From Camelus ferus (lineage: Eukaryota): DNA of 64,000 bases. Positions 23,130-35,090 of the stretch are shown one piece after another. A program made the position numbers and the translations under genes. Positions within the stretch are counted from its first letter, which is position 1; each line of letters begins with the position of its first letter. The notes below the pieces were generated by a model. It saw only the letters and a program-made list of their open reading frames with translations. It ran no database searches and was not told the DNA's origin. The DNA lies in NCBI RefSeq assembly GCF_009834535.1, contig NC_045705.1:31806001-31870000 (forward strand), in the 5' to 3' direction.

Positions 23130-23600
23130 TAACTGGAATCCACTAGAAGTGTTTAGAGCAGTTGGGTGATATAATCAGAACAAAATTTAAGGAGCAAACT
23201 TTGGACTACCTAAGGAGAACAGATTCATGGAGGCCAGAATAAAAGTGGAGAGACTTGGCAGGAGGTGATTACAATGGGCAAAAACAGAAGTGGGGGGAGG
23301 TAGGAAATGACCCAATTTGTGATGTATTTTGAAAGTAGAGACAACAGGAAATATTCAAAGTATTAACAACTAATATGAAAGAAATAAAGAATCGAACGAT
23401 ACTGTGAGAACTTTTTATCTGAACAATTACTTTGAAGGCAGTACCATTTCATGAGATGGGAAACACATTTATTATTGTGGACATTTTAAATGATGTTTTA
23501 TAAATATTAAATTGATACCCAACTGGAGATGACCAAAATGGTACATGCTGCTTATACACGTAGAGGCAGAGGCTGGAGGTACAAAACTGGACGGCTTCAG
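23130..23600. repeat. L2 LINE fragment (paralogous at ~29920-30400)
   Basis: L2-like GTGATATAATCAG, TGTATTTTGAAAGTAGAG..CAACAGGA and GCAGTACCATTTCATGAGATGGG. Confidence 0.5.
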
Positions 23601-24192
23601 CAATGAATCATCAGGAAAAGGGGGAATATCCACCTAAGACAGTAAGAGAGAAGTTTGGGGAGTTCTGAGACAGTTCAGGGCACTGGCCATCTATTCATAT
23701 TTTGATCTACCTACACTGGGATGTGTAAATTAGCTTATGTGGGTGTCAAGTATTACATTTTCAGAACTTACAAATGGTATACCTTCATGGAATTTCCTTC
23801 CCATCTTTTCTTGTTCTTTCACTTTCTCTTAGAAGCTTAGCTAAGGAATTACATTCTTAGAGAAGCCTTCTCTGACTTTAGTTTGACTGATACATTCCTA
23901 CTCTGTGACTCTTAGCTTTCTGTAAATGTCTAATACTGTTATTCATTATGTGGATCTGAAACTGTTTGATTCCTCATAATATATCATATCACAGAGAGGG
24001 AACTATGCCTTATCCAACTTGGTAATCACACTATCTCTGATGCATTGGGCACAAATAAATGCTTCATACACATTGTTTTAATGGAATGGATAATTAAAAT
24101 ATAAAACTGTAATGAATGCATTTAAAAGTTTTCTGCCTTGTTTTGTAGGTAAAATGCTTCTGATATGTGAAATCACCTCTTGTACAGATTAG

Positions 24193-25104
24193 ATGGAACC
24201 AAGGAACAATGTAACTTATTTCATCCTCCTGGGCCTCACACAGAATCCAAAGGAGCAGAAGGTCCTTTTTGTTATGTTCTTGCTCTTCTACATTTTGACC
24301 ATGGTGGGCAACCTGCTCATTATTGTGACAATAACTGTCAGTAAGACCCTGAAGTCACCAATGTACTTTTTTCTTGCTAGCTTATCATTTATGGATGCCA
24401 CTTATTCATCTTCTTTTACCCCCAGATTGATTTCAGACTTATTCTTTGGGGAAAACACCATATCCTTTGAATCTTGCATGACTCAGCTGTTTACAGAGCA
24501 CATTTTTGGTGGATCAGAGGTCTTCCTTCTGCTGGTGATGGCCTATGACCGCTACGTGGCCATCTGTAAACCCTTGCATTATTTGATTATCATGAAGCAA
24601 AGGGTGTGTGTTGTGCTGGTGGTGGTGTCTTGTGCTGGAGGTTTTCTGCACTCAGTTATTCAAGTTAGCACTATTTATGGACTCCCATTCTGTGGCCCCA
24701 ATGTCATTGATCACTTTATCTGTGATGTGTACCCCTTATTGAAACTCGTCTGCACTGACACTTATGTCATTGGCCTCATTGTAGTGGCCAATGGAGGACT
24801 GATCTGCACTATTGTGTTTCTGCTCTTACTCATCTCTTATGTAGTCATCTTGCGCTCTCTAAAGAACCTGAGTCAGGAAGGGAGGCGGAAAGCTCTCCAG
24901 ACCTGTGGTTCCCACATCACTGTGGTTGTCTGCTTTTTTGTTCCCTGTATTTTCATATATGTGAGACCCGCTAAGACTTTCCCCATTGATAAATCATTAA
25001 GTGTATTTTTTACAGTCATCACTCCTATGCTGAACCCTTTAATCTACAGTCTAAGAAATTCTGAGATGACTAATGCTATGAAGAAGCTCTGGAGAAAAAA
25101 GTGA
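24193..25104 (+). CDS. OR4A47: Olfactory receptor 4A47-like (copy B), 303 aa, intact
   Basis: [42 protein letters not shown] and [21 protein letters not shown] closely match human OR4A47 as I recall it. All OR motifs are present; acceptor at 24147-24148. Confidence 0.93.
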   Translation: MEPRNNVTYFILLGLTQNPKEQKVLFVMFLLFYILTMVGNLLIIVTITVSKTLKSPMYFFLASLSFMDATYSSSFTPRLISDLFFGENTISFESCMTQLFTEHIFGGSEVFLLLVMAYDRYVAICKPLHYLIIMKQRVCVVLVVVSCAGGFLHSVIQVSTIYGLPFCGPNVIDHFICDVYPLLKLVCTDTYVIGLIVVANGGLICTIVFLLLLISYVVILRSLKNLSQEGRRKALQTCGSHITVVVCFFVPCIFIYVRPAKTFPIDKSLSVFFTVITPMLNPLIYSLRNSEMTNAMKKLWRKK

Positions 25105-25889
25105 GATTAAGTAATAAATAAGTGCTTTATTCATCATGAAGAAACTAATTTAGCATTAGGGCCAATCTCTTTGGAATACAAAAGTCTTCATAAATCTGAT
25201 GCAAACTTTCCTTTTCTCTAAAGGATTTATGATAATTGAAGTAAAAGTTGAACTGTATGTTCATAACCAATGACAATTCCCCTGTCAATGTGTACATCCT
25301 GTAATGTCTGGTTGATTACTGCACCTAGTGGGGTGGAGAAGGGCAGAATGCATTAAGCAGGGAGTCAATAAATAATATCTAATGAATTAGTCAATGAAAT
25401 TTTTATAGAGTTACCCTAATTTTAATGAATTTCTGCATTTACTTTTATTACTTTCTCATTCTTAGTTTCATTTTTGTCAGATTCTTGTCTTATATCATTA
25501 TTCCATTTATTATGCTAGTTACAAAATTTAATGTGTATACACCATCCTCTTTATTCAGCTTCATTTGCTATACCTATGAAATTTTTCATTTAATATTTTA
25601 ATTTTTAAATAAAAATTGTAAGTATGATGGATAGTAAATATTAAAAATAGAATCCATGTTTAATTAAACCTCCTCCACATCCCAGACCATTGTCTCTCAG
25701 TTCTTCCAGATGCAGTCGCTCTGCTCTGAGATTTGACTCATTACTTTTGCAAATAGCAGCATATTTTCATAGATGCATGTGTTTATGCCTGTGTTTAAAT
25801 TTTACATTGAGCTGCTTAGCCTTCTGAAGGCTATTACATACCAGTCTACACAGAAGTAATTAATTCTCAGTTTCCTCATACTGTCACTT

Positions 25890-26430
25890 TGTTACACAGA
25901 GATGCTAAACCGGACACACCAGTGATCGGGAAGAAAAGCTCTGACTTCACAGTGGGTCTGCTTCTCTTACTTTCACCTTTGCGCTCTATTGCTTTTGCTA
26001 TAAGTTAATCACTAAAGGGGGGTCGCCTATAGCTTAAAGTATACATAATGGATGACGCCTCTCTGGGGACCGGCCTCCTGTGCCTGAGCATTAACCTAAA
26101 ATACCTTTGTTGAGCTCAAGGAAACATCCCGACCAGGCCCGCCTGTGACTGACCGCAGGACATTCACACATGCCCTCTGGAGTCTGGCCAGAACCAGGAA
26201 ATATTTGCAACACCTTTCACCTTTTATACTTTACTGCCTCACTTCTGCTTTCTGTTCTGTAAGGAAACTAGCATCCAAACCCAGGCAAGATGGCTCTTTG
26301 GGACACTAGTCCACCTTATCTTTGGTCTGCTGGCTCCCCAGATAAAGTCACTATTCCTCGCCCTAACAGCTTGTGTCTCAGTTTATTGGCCTGTTATGTG
26401 GTGAGCAGTACAAATTTAGACTCAGTAATA
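25890..26430 (+). mobile_element. ERV1-type solo LTR in duplication unit B
   Basis: Same insertion site and nearly the same sequence as 20610-21150. Confidence 0.85.
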
Positions 26431-27487
26431 AAAACTCATTTTTATTAGAATCTTAACTAGTCATTCACTTTAAGAAACTCAGTTTTACCATTTTGCTTTG
26501 TTGGTGTGATTTTCCATTATTACAAATTTCACATACATTTTTGAGGATCTGGTGACCAGTTTAAGAATACTTTAATGGTAAAGAGCATAGTCTTTTTGAG
26601 GAAGATTCTTCTGAGATCAAATCTCAGCTTTGCCACTTATAATGTAAACTTTAGCAAAACAAGTTTTTGTTTAACAGGTTCTTAAGTTTTGTGAAATGGG
26701 GAAGTGTGGAGATGTTTTCAAGATCAAATGAAACAATCTGTATAAGCTTTTAGACAATTCAATGCTCATAAATCTTTATTATTTGAGTCTTACATTATAA
26801 TAGAACTCAGTACTTGGCATAGAGTGTTAAGCTAATAATATACATGTTATTTTTCTAAGTAAATGTAATTATAAATAATATATCAATTAGCTTTAGGAAG
26901 GATTATATATAATTCTCTATGCCTACCTATAAGAATACTCTGAAAGCTGACTGGCCTTGTAAGCATTCCTGGTGCTGGAAGGGTCCCCTATTTCCTTGGC
27001 CATATTTGAATCTCTTTTTCTTGTTCCCTACTTCATATTGGCCCTGTACTTTCCTAAACTTGAGGGGACACATCTGTGAGTCTGAGTTTCCTGAAAACAC
27101 CTGTCTGAGGGGTCCTAACATTATTTTGCTATGAACATGTGTACAATATAGCATGCAAGCAGTACATGTCTAGAAATATAGGAACTCAAAATAGAGAAAG
27201 TTATTTGCTCAGAAGTGGTATAGGGTATGTGTTTTGTTCATTATCGCATACCCTGAAACTGGGAGAAAACTTGGCCTAGAATAAATGCTTAATAAATATT
27301 TACTGGATGAATTACCATCATCTCTACTTTATCTCCTTAGGAGTAATTGCTCTTGAAAAAACAGGGGCACTTGATAACTGGAATGCTTCTGAAACTGCTG
27401 ACATTTCATTAAAGATGATGAATTGAAATGGAGAATTTGAGGTCCATTTGGTATATGTGAAGGTTCTCATCTGAAAACACTGAATCA

Positions 27488-27680
27488 TGTAGACTGAAAT
27501 AAATGCACAATGTAAAAGTTATGAGTTAAGTTTTATTTGGTGGACATTTCTGAGGACTTGAACCCCTCCAAGCCCGGGATGACAGCCTCTCAGATTGCTC
27601 TGAGGGACTGCTCAGAAGAGGTAAGGCAGGAACCAGGATATAGAGGAGTTTTTACAACAAAGACCAGGTAGTCAGAACAA
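27488..27680 (-). mobile_element. Truncated ERV1-type LTR fragment
   Basis: TGTAGACTGAAATAAATGCACAA..GAGTTAAGTTTTATTTGG..GACAGCCTCTCAGATTGCTCTGAGGGACTGCTC. Confidence 0.65.
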
Positions 27681-27709
27681 TCTTCTCCTGAGTTACAATC
27701 TTCTGAGTT

Positions 27710-28270
27710 ACAATCTTCTCCTGAGTTCTTTGAGCATCTTTATAATCATTACATCGAATCCTTTATTGGGTAGCTTTCTTATCTCCACTTCATTTAGTTC
27801 TTCTTCTGGGGTTTTTATTGTGTTCCTTTACTTGGAACATATTCCTCTATTGCCTCATTTTGCCTGATTTTCTGTGTTTTATTTCCATGTATTTGGTGGT
27901 TTGGTTATGTTCCTAAATCTTGAAGAAGCGGTTTTACGTAGAAAATATCCCATTAGTACACTCTCTTCTGATCACCAGCGCTATGTGCTCTAGTGACTCC
28001 CATTATGTGGGCTGCGTGGATCCTCTCCTGTTGTGGGCTGACTACTGGGGACATGCTGGTAGATGTGGCTGGCCCCTGGTCCCACTGATTGACAGGCCTT
28101 GAATTCTGCAGTGACTACTGTCTGCTGGTGGGTGGGGCCAGGTCCTGGCATAGCTGGTTGTAAGAGTGAGTATACACTCACACCACATCTTTGCAACATG
28201 ATCCTGCAGTAAAAGTTCCTGTTAAACTTTTAGAATTTTTTCTAGGTATAGATCATGTCATCTCTGCAGT
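27710..28270 (-). mobile_element. L1 5'UTR/ORF1-region fragment plus a short ORF2 piece
   Basis: Antisense L1-like CTTTGAGCATCTTTATAATCATTAC and CTTATCTCCACTTCATTTAGTTCTT; CTAGGTATAGATCATGTCATCTCTGCA at ~28240. Confidence 0.6.
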
Positions 28271-28804
28271 GAGATAACTTAATTAAAGTTTACTTAATTT
28301 CCCTGTCTGTAACACTGCTTCCAATGGTAGCCATTCCTATTCTTTGGATCTCAGCTTAAACATCACCTTTTATAAACCACTTCCCTGATTATATTTTCCA
28401 CAGTAAAATTTACCATCTTATTTATGTCACAGTATTCTATTTGTTGTCATATAAACACTGCACAGGAGTACAACCACTTAATTAAATTCTTTCCTTCTTT
28501 ATTGTCTGACTCTATTGTAAGAATACAGAATTCATGTGGGAAAGAAATTTCATGTCATTATTCATTTGCTTTATTAATTGCTGTGTGTTATTTTTTTCTT
28601 TGTTTTATTAATTGCTGTGTCCTCAATGATAGCACAGTTCCAGGTATAAAGTAGGTTCATTACATTATTAAATAAATAATTATTGTATATTAAATGAGAT
28701 ATTAAATCTTAATTGGTGATAATATTTTTGTAAATTTATTAAATGTCAATAATGGACAATTTGAATATTAAATAAAAAGAAAGATAAGCTTGCTGTGGCA
28801 TGTG

Positions 28805-29070
28805 GGGAAATATCTGAGGAATTAATCTTCACTGGGACAAAAAGATTTGGCTGATACTTTGTACTTGGTTCACAATAGTCTGAAAGCAGGTACAAAGCTG
28901 TTTTTTCCCCCATGTTACATCTTTTTGACCCTAATTCTGTGTTGAAGATTAATAACCTCTTTATATACTGATGTACTTTTTAAATGTAGTGAAAAATCCC
29001 AGTGAATTTAATTAAGCAAGAATCAGTCTTGGACACTTTCCAATTCTAAGACTTAAAGATAAATGAGGTT
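28805..29070 (+). promoter_or_regulatory. Predicted promoter/first exon of OR4A47-like copy C
   Basis: Paralog of 22040-22310. Composite block at 28993-29016, and a further O/E match TCCCTGGGA at 29338-29346. Confidence 0.55.
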
Positions 29071-29504
29071 AGAAGGGATAAAATGTCTAGTGATCTTTGC
29101 CCCTAGTGAGACAAATGATGATATCCTTTTAAGTACTGATATAAAAATTTCAGGCTTATTGTTAGGTTTAAAGCAATGCATTAAAAAGAAGAAAGAAAAC
29201 CAGTGCAAGAATGAATCTCAGAATCACAAACCAACTAGCCTGGTCATATCAACAAGAGAGGAAAAAAAGGACTGAACATGTGAATGGTATTTTTCTATTT
29301 TAAAGTTAGCAGGAAAAGAAGTTACTTGAGATGCATTTCCCTGGGAAATGGCTGGTTGCTCTCTTCTAATGTAAACATAGGATTTGCAGATATTTTGGAT
29401 AAATTATCTTAACGTAGTAAACTTTTATTTTTTTTTTGGTGGGCACTGCGGAATTACTTTAAATAATCTACAGAGCAAATGAAAACTTTCTTCTGAATAA
29501 TCAG

Positions 29505-29671
29505 GAGTCCATGGAAGAAATGAACGCACAGTCACATGAAACCAAATACATCCTCGAGTAATAACGCAGCCTGTCGCCCTTGGCTTTCAGATTGGATGAA
29601 AGAGGAATTCCAAGTCACCATGAGTGACTGGGAGAGTCACATCCTCCAGATGGTGAACAAGCCTCCACAAG
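29505..29671 (+). other. Predicted non-coding 5'UTR exon of copy C
   Basis: Acceptor ATCAG|G at 29504/29505 and donor CAAG|GTGAGA at 29671/29672. Confidence 0.6.
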
Positions 29672-30931
29672 GTGAGAATAACAGCAAATAACGAAAACCA
29701 GGCTTCAGGATTGTGTGACTTTATTACGTAATGAACTGAATCATTTTGAAATAATTCAAACTTGGATGCCAATTCTAGTTTTATCGCTTAAATATATGTG
29801 TGACTTTGGGAAAGTTAATGAGATGCTCCGAGTCTCAGTTATTTCAAATAAAAATGGAGGTTACCATTCTTGCTACTGTACCTATTAAATATAATACATA
29901 AATTATAATTGCATGATTAGAATTCACTGTGGGAGTGTTCAGTATTTGGCATGATACGATCAAAGCAAGATTTAAAGAGAATCTTTCAGGCTGCTTCAGG
30001 AGAACAAATTGTTGATGGCCAGAATAAAAGTGGAGTGACCTGGCAGTGAGTCAGGAAGGAAGCAGGGGAAAGGGAACGATGAAATGTTTGATATTCAGAG
30101 TAGTGACAACAAGATTTGCTAAAAGTATGAGTAAGTAATATGAGGGTAATATGAGTAATAAGGGAGTGAAAAACACTGTAAGGTTTTTTTTTATCTGAGC
30201 AATTGTGTTGAAACTGATACCCTTTAATAAGATAGGAAACACTTTTTTTACTGAGAAAAATTTAAATTTTGTTTTATATATGCTAAATTGATATCCAACT
30301 GGAGAAATCCAAAATTGGAGACACTGCATACACACTTTTGAAAATAAGGGTATAGATATGGTCTGGAGACATGAAGTTTGACTACTTCATTATTTATTGG
30401 TCTGGAAAAGGAGGAATATCCAACTAAAGACCCTAAGAACAAAGTCTCAGTTTGTTCTGAGACAATCCAGGGCAGTAAACTTCTATTCATAGCTTGATCT
30501 AATCACACGGAATATGCAAATTAGTTGAAGTATTATAGATTTGTGAATTTATAAATGGTGTACTTTTTTTTTAGAATTCCCCTTCCATTTTTCTTGTTCT
30601 TTTACTTTTCCTTTAAAGCTCAGCTAAACCATTGCTTCTTATAGAATGCCTTCTCTTATTCTAGTTTGATAGATGTATTCCTGTAGTGTGACTCTAAGCT
30701 TTGTGTAAATTTCTTGTAATGACACTTATTATGAATCTGGAATTGTTTGATCCCTCATTATGCATCATACCACTGAGGGTAAGGAACTATGCCTTATCCA
30801 ACTTGGTACTAGTACTCACAATGTCTCTGACATGCTAGACACACATAGATATTTCAAACACATTGTTTTACTTGAATTGTTTAATTATTTTACTCTTACT
30901 AATAGGTGAAGTCATCTCCTGTGCAGACTGG

Positions 30932-31860
30932 ATGGAATCAAGGAACAATGTAACTTATTTTATCCTCTTGGGCCTCACACAGAATCGAAAGGAGCAGAAG
31001 GTCCTTTTTGTTATGTTCTTGCTCTTCTACATTTTGACCTTTGTGGGCAATCTGCTCACTGTTGTAACTATAACCGTCAGTAAGACCCTCAACTCACCAA
31101 TGTACTTTTTTCTTGCCAGCTTATCATTTATAGATCTAATTTATTCCTCTTCTATTTCCCCCAGATTGATTTCAGACTTGTTCTTTGGGGAAAATACGAT
31201 ATCCTTCCAGTTTTGTCTGGCCCAGCTCTTTACTGAGCACATTTTGGTGGGTCAGAGGTCTTCCTTCTGCTGGTGATGGCCTATGACCGCTATGTGGCCA
31301 TCTGTAAGCCCTTGCATTATTTGGTTATCATGAGGCAGAGGGTGTGTGTTGTGCTGGTGGTGGTGTCTTGTGCTGGAGGTTTTCTGCACTCAGTTATTCA
31401 AATTAGCACTATTTATGGGCTCCAGTTCTGTGGCCCCAATGTCATTGATCACTTTACATGTGACATGTACCCCTTATTGAAACTCATCTGCACTGACACC
31501 TATGTCATTGGCATCTTAGTGGTGGCCAATGGAGGACTGAGCTCTGCTACTGTGTTTCTACTCTTACTCATCTCGTATGGAGTCATCTTGCACTCTCTAA
31601 AGAATGTTAGTCAGGAAGGGAGGTGGAAAGCCCTCCAGACCTGTGGTTCCCACATCACTGTGGTGGTCTGCTTTTTTGTTCCCTGTATCTTCATGTATAC
31701 AAGACCTGCTAAGACCTTCCCCTTTGACAAATCATTGAGTGTGTTTTATACAGTCATAACCCCCATGCTGAACCCGCTAATCTACAGTCTAAGAAATTCA
31801 GAGACGACTAATGCTATGAAGAAACTCTGGGGAAAAAAAGGCAGATTGAGTATTAAATAA
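30932..31860 (+). pseudogene. OR4A47: OR4A47-like gene (copy C) with a single 1-nt deletion in a T-run
   Basis: [13 protein letters not shown] from ATG at 30932. CACATTTTGGT at 31238-31248 versus CACATTTTTGGT in copy B; both halves are otherwise open to TAA at 31858-31860. Confidence 0.9.
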
Positions 31861-32689
31861 GTGCTTTATTCATCATAAAGAAAGTAATTTAGCATTAGCA
31901 CCAATCTCCCAGAATGTAAAAGTCTTCATAAATCTGCATCAAACTTTCTCTCTGAAGGATTAATGGTAATTATAATCAAAAATGAACCATTTTTTTGTGT
32001 TATTAATAAAAATTCCTTGCTAGAATATAAACTATATGATGACTGGTTTGTCACTTTGCCTGAAATGTTGGAATGCATTTCTAGTAGGGAATCAATAAGT
32101 AATACATAATTTATTAGTCAAAATTTTTATGGAGTTACAGTAATTTTTACTTAATTTCTGCATTTTCTTTTAGTAGTTTCTCATTCTTATTTTTATTTTC
32201 AGTCTGATTTTTTTAAATCTTTTTTTGGTACTAGTCAAAGTATTTAATGTTGTATAGATTATCTTATTTATTCAATTTAATTTTCCTTAAGTATTTTTAG
32301 TGCATTATTTTAATATTTAAAATAAGTTCATAAGTATGATGCAGAATAATAAGTATTAGAAATAAAATTTATGCAAAATAATCCATTGTAGAATAAACCT
32401 CCTACCCATCCCATGCCAGTGTCTCCTAGTCTTTTCAGATATACTCACTATATTCTGTTTTTAAGGTTCTTCAAGTAATTATTCTTGTACTTTTCCATGT
32501 ATGTGTATGTTTATGTTCCAATTGTACAAATTTTGCATCTTACAACTCTGCCTTCTGAAAGTCTTTACATACCAGTTTATATAGACTTAAATCATTCTCC
32601 ATTCCTTCAAAATTCTTTATTTTATAAAGGATACACAGAAGTCGATATATCTATTCTTTTCCATATTTTTCCCAGTCTTTTTTGATGTT

Positions 32690-33950
32690 AAATAGTTCTG
32701 CAATGAAATATTTTTGAAATTGTGTAAGTATGAGCTCCTAGAGGTGAAATCATTGAGTCAACTGGTATATGTAGTTATAATGTTGATAGAAAGGTAAAAT
32801 TGTTGAGTCAGTTGTTACATGATTTATAATGTTGATGGCCAAAATGCCATGCATAAGCTTGTACCAAACTCACTACTCCCTTATTTCTGGAAAATACCTG
32901 TTTTGTGGCATTATCAAACAACCAATGTTTGGTAAACATTGTGGTATTTGAAAACCTAAATGAAGAAATATTGTTTCACTTGTATACTTTAATTATAAAT
33001 AATTATAATTGAATTTGGATATCCATTCCCATGTTTAAAGTGATTTGTATTACTTTCTCATGAATTGCATATTAATTAATTTTACACTTTTTTGATTGCT
33101 GATACTTTTCATACTGATTTTATGATTTAATCACATGCAGAGGAAATTATCCCATTCCCATGCATATGAAATTATTACTTGTCCAGCTTGCGATTTGCCT
33201 CAGAGGTTTTTGTACTGTGCAGAATATTTTTGTCCACATAGAAATAATTTTACCTTTACATAATTAAATCTATCAACATTCCCTTTGTATTTTATAGCTT
33301 ACTTAAAATTTTCCTATTTCAATATTACCAAATTATTTTTCCACATTTTCCAACATTTAAATTTTTAGGTCTTTTTGTTGTTTCATATTTTATGTTTAAA
33401 TTTTTATACAATCTACACATTATCTTGATGTAGGGAGTTCATTAGGGATCATATTTCAATTATTCTTCAAAATGGCCATTTTAATAGATGCATACTTTCC
33501 CCATAATTTTGATATTCCAACTATTCATTGTAAAAATAACATGTGATTGGATCCAATTCAGATCTCTATTATCTTCCACTGATCTCTATATTCATGTGTC
33601 ATTCAACACAAGATGCAATTGTGTTTGGTTTAAAATACACTTTGATACCTCATAAGCCAAGGACTTCTTCATTACAATTACTTATCAGAACTATGTCTAT
33701 TCCTGCATGATTATATTTCAAAATAAGTTAGTCTGGTAAAAAAATAAGTTTAGCTGGTATTTGCAATAAGTTTTTATTTAGAAAGAGTTTATATCTTTAG
33801 AGAATTGAGAATTTTTATTCACAAACTAGGTAGATCTTTCCACTTAACAAGTCTTCTTTTATGTTCACATATATCTAGTATGTTTCTTTGTAATTTTAGT
33901 CATTTTGATTTTTTTTTGCTGCTATTATAAATAGAATCTTGTCTTATACT
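32690..33950 (-). mobile_element. Old degenerate L1 fragment
   Basis: T-rich antisense L1-like sequence (CTAGAGGTGAAATCATTGAGTCAA, ATACTTTCCCCATAATTTTG, AGATCTTTCCACTTAACAAGTCTTCTTT). Confidence 0.55.
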
Positions 33951-34254
33951 TTACAACTGTCTGTTTCAATGTAGGAAGTATTTTTGCTTTCCATTTTTAC
34001 ACGATATTTCATCTTTATCGTACAGCATTCTTCCTTTTTAGTCTGTTTTATAAGTTTTGACAAAATGCAGATGGTTGTGTACCACTGTCACAATCATCAT
34101 GCAGAATATTTCCTCGTAAAAATATTTCCTCATGTCCCTTTGTAATCACCTCCTCCCTTCACCTCCAGGTCCTGGCAAACACTAATCCATTCCTATTCCT
34201 ATAGCTTTGTCTTTTCCAGATGGTCATACAAATTGAATCACATAGTATGTATTC

Positions 34255-35090
34255 TTTCTTTATACCAGCTTTATTGATGTATAGGTGACAAAATAAAACT
34301 GTATATATTTATGATGTACAGTGTGATGATTTGATATACATATAGATCATGAAATGATAATCACAATCAACCTAAAGAACACATCCATCACCTCATGCAA
34401 TTATCATTTTGATATTTGGGTTAGTTTTTCTTTTGGTTAGACCCCTTAAAATCTACTCTCTTAGTAGATTTCAAGTATGCAATACTATATTATTAACTGT
34501 AACCACCTTGCTGTATATTAGATTCCCCAGAACTTATTTACCTTATAACTGGAAGTTGGTATGTTTTGAGCAATTTATCCCCATTTATCCCACCCTCCAG
34601 CCCCTGGGAATCCACATTCTGCTTACTATCTGATTCCATGAGCTTGACTATTTTAGATTGCACAAGTAAGTGAGGTAATACAATTTTCATCTTTCTGTAT
34701 CTGGTTTATTTCACTTAATGTCCTCCATGTTCATCCATATTTCTAAAAGCAGAATTTCTTTCTTTTTTTGACTGAATAATATTCCATTTGTACATATATC
34801 CCATTTCTTTGTCCACTTAGTTGTTGAAAGACAATTAGGTTGTTTTCATAACTTGGCTATTGTAAAAAATGCTTCATGTGGGAGTGTAAGTATTTCTTCA
34901 AGATATTGATACCATTTCCTTTCTACATATACCCAGAAGGGAGATTGATGGATCATATGTTAGTTCTTTTTTTAATTTATGTTAGGGATGTCTGTATTAT
35001 TTTCCATAATAGTAGCATCAGTTTATAGTCCTGTTAACAAATGTACAAGCATTCTAAATTTTCTACATCTTCATCAACATTCCCTTTTTA
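34255..35090 (-). mobile_element. L1MA9-like 3' end
   Basis: CAGCTTTATTGATGTATA..TGTACAGTGTGATGATTTGATATACATATA..CATCCATCACCTCA..AAAATCTACTCTCTTAG..TTTCAAGTATGCAATAC. Confidence 0.8.

Noticed and set aside
30863-30931. Upstream extension of OR copy C
   Set aside because: It begins at a non-ATG codon in intron sequence before the acceptor at 30904-30905.
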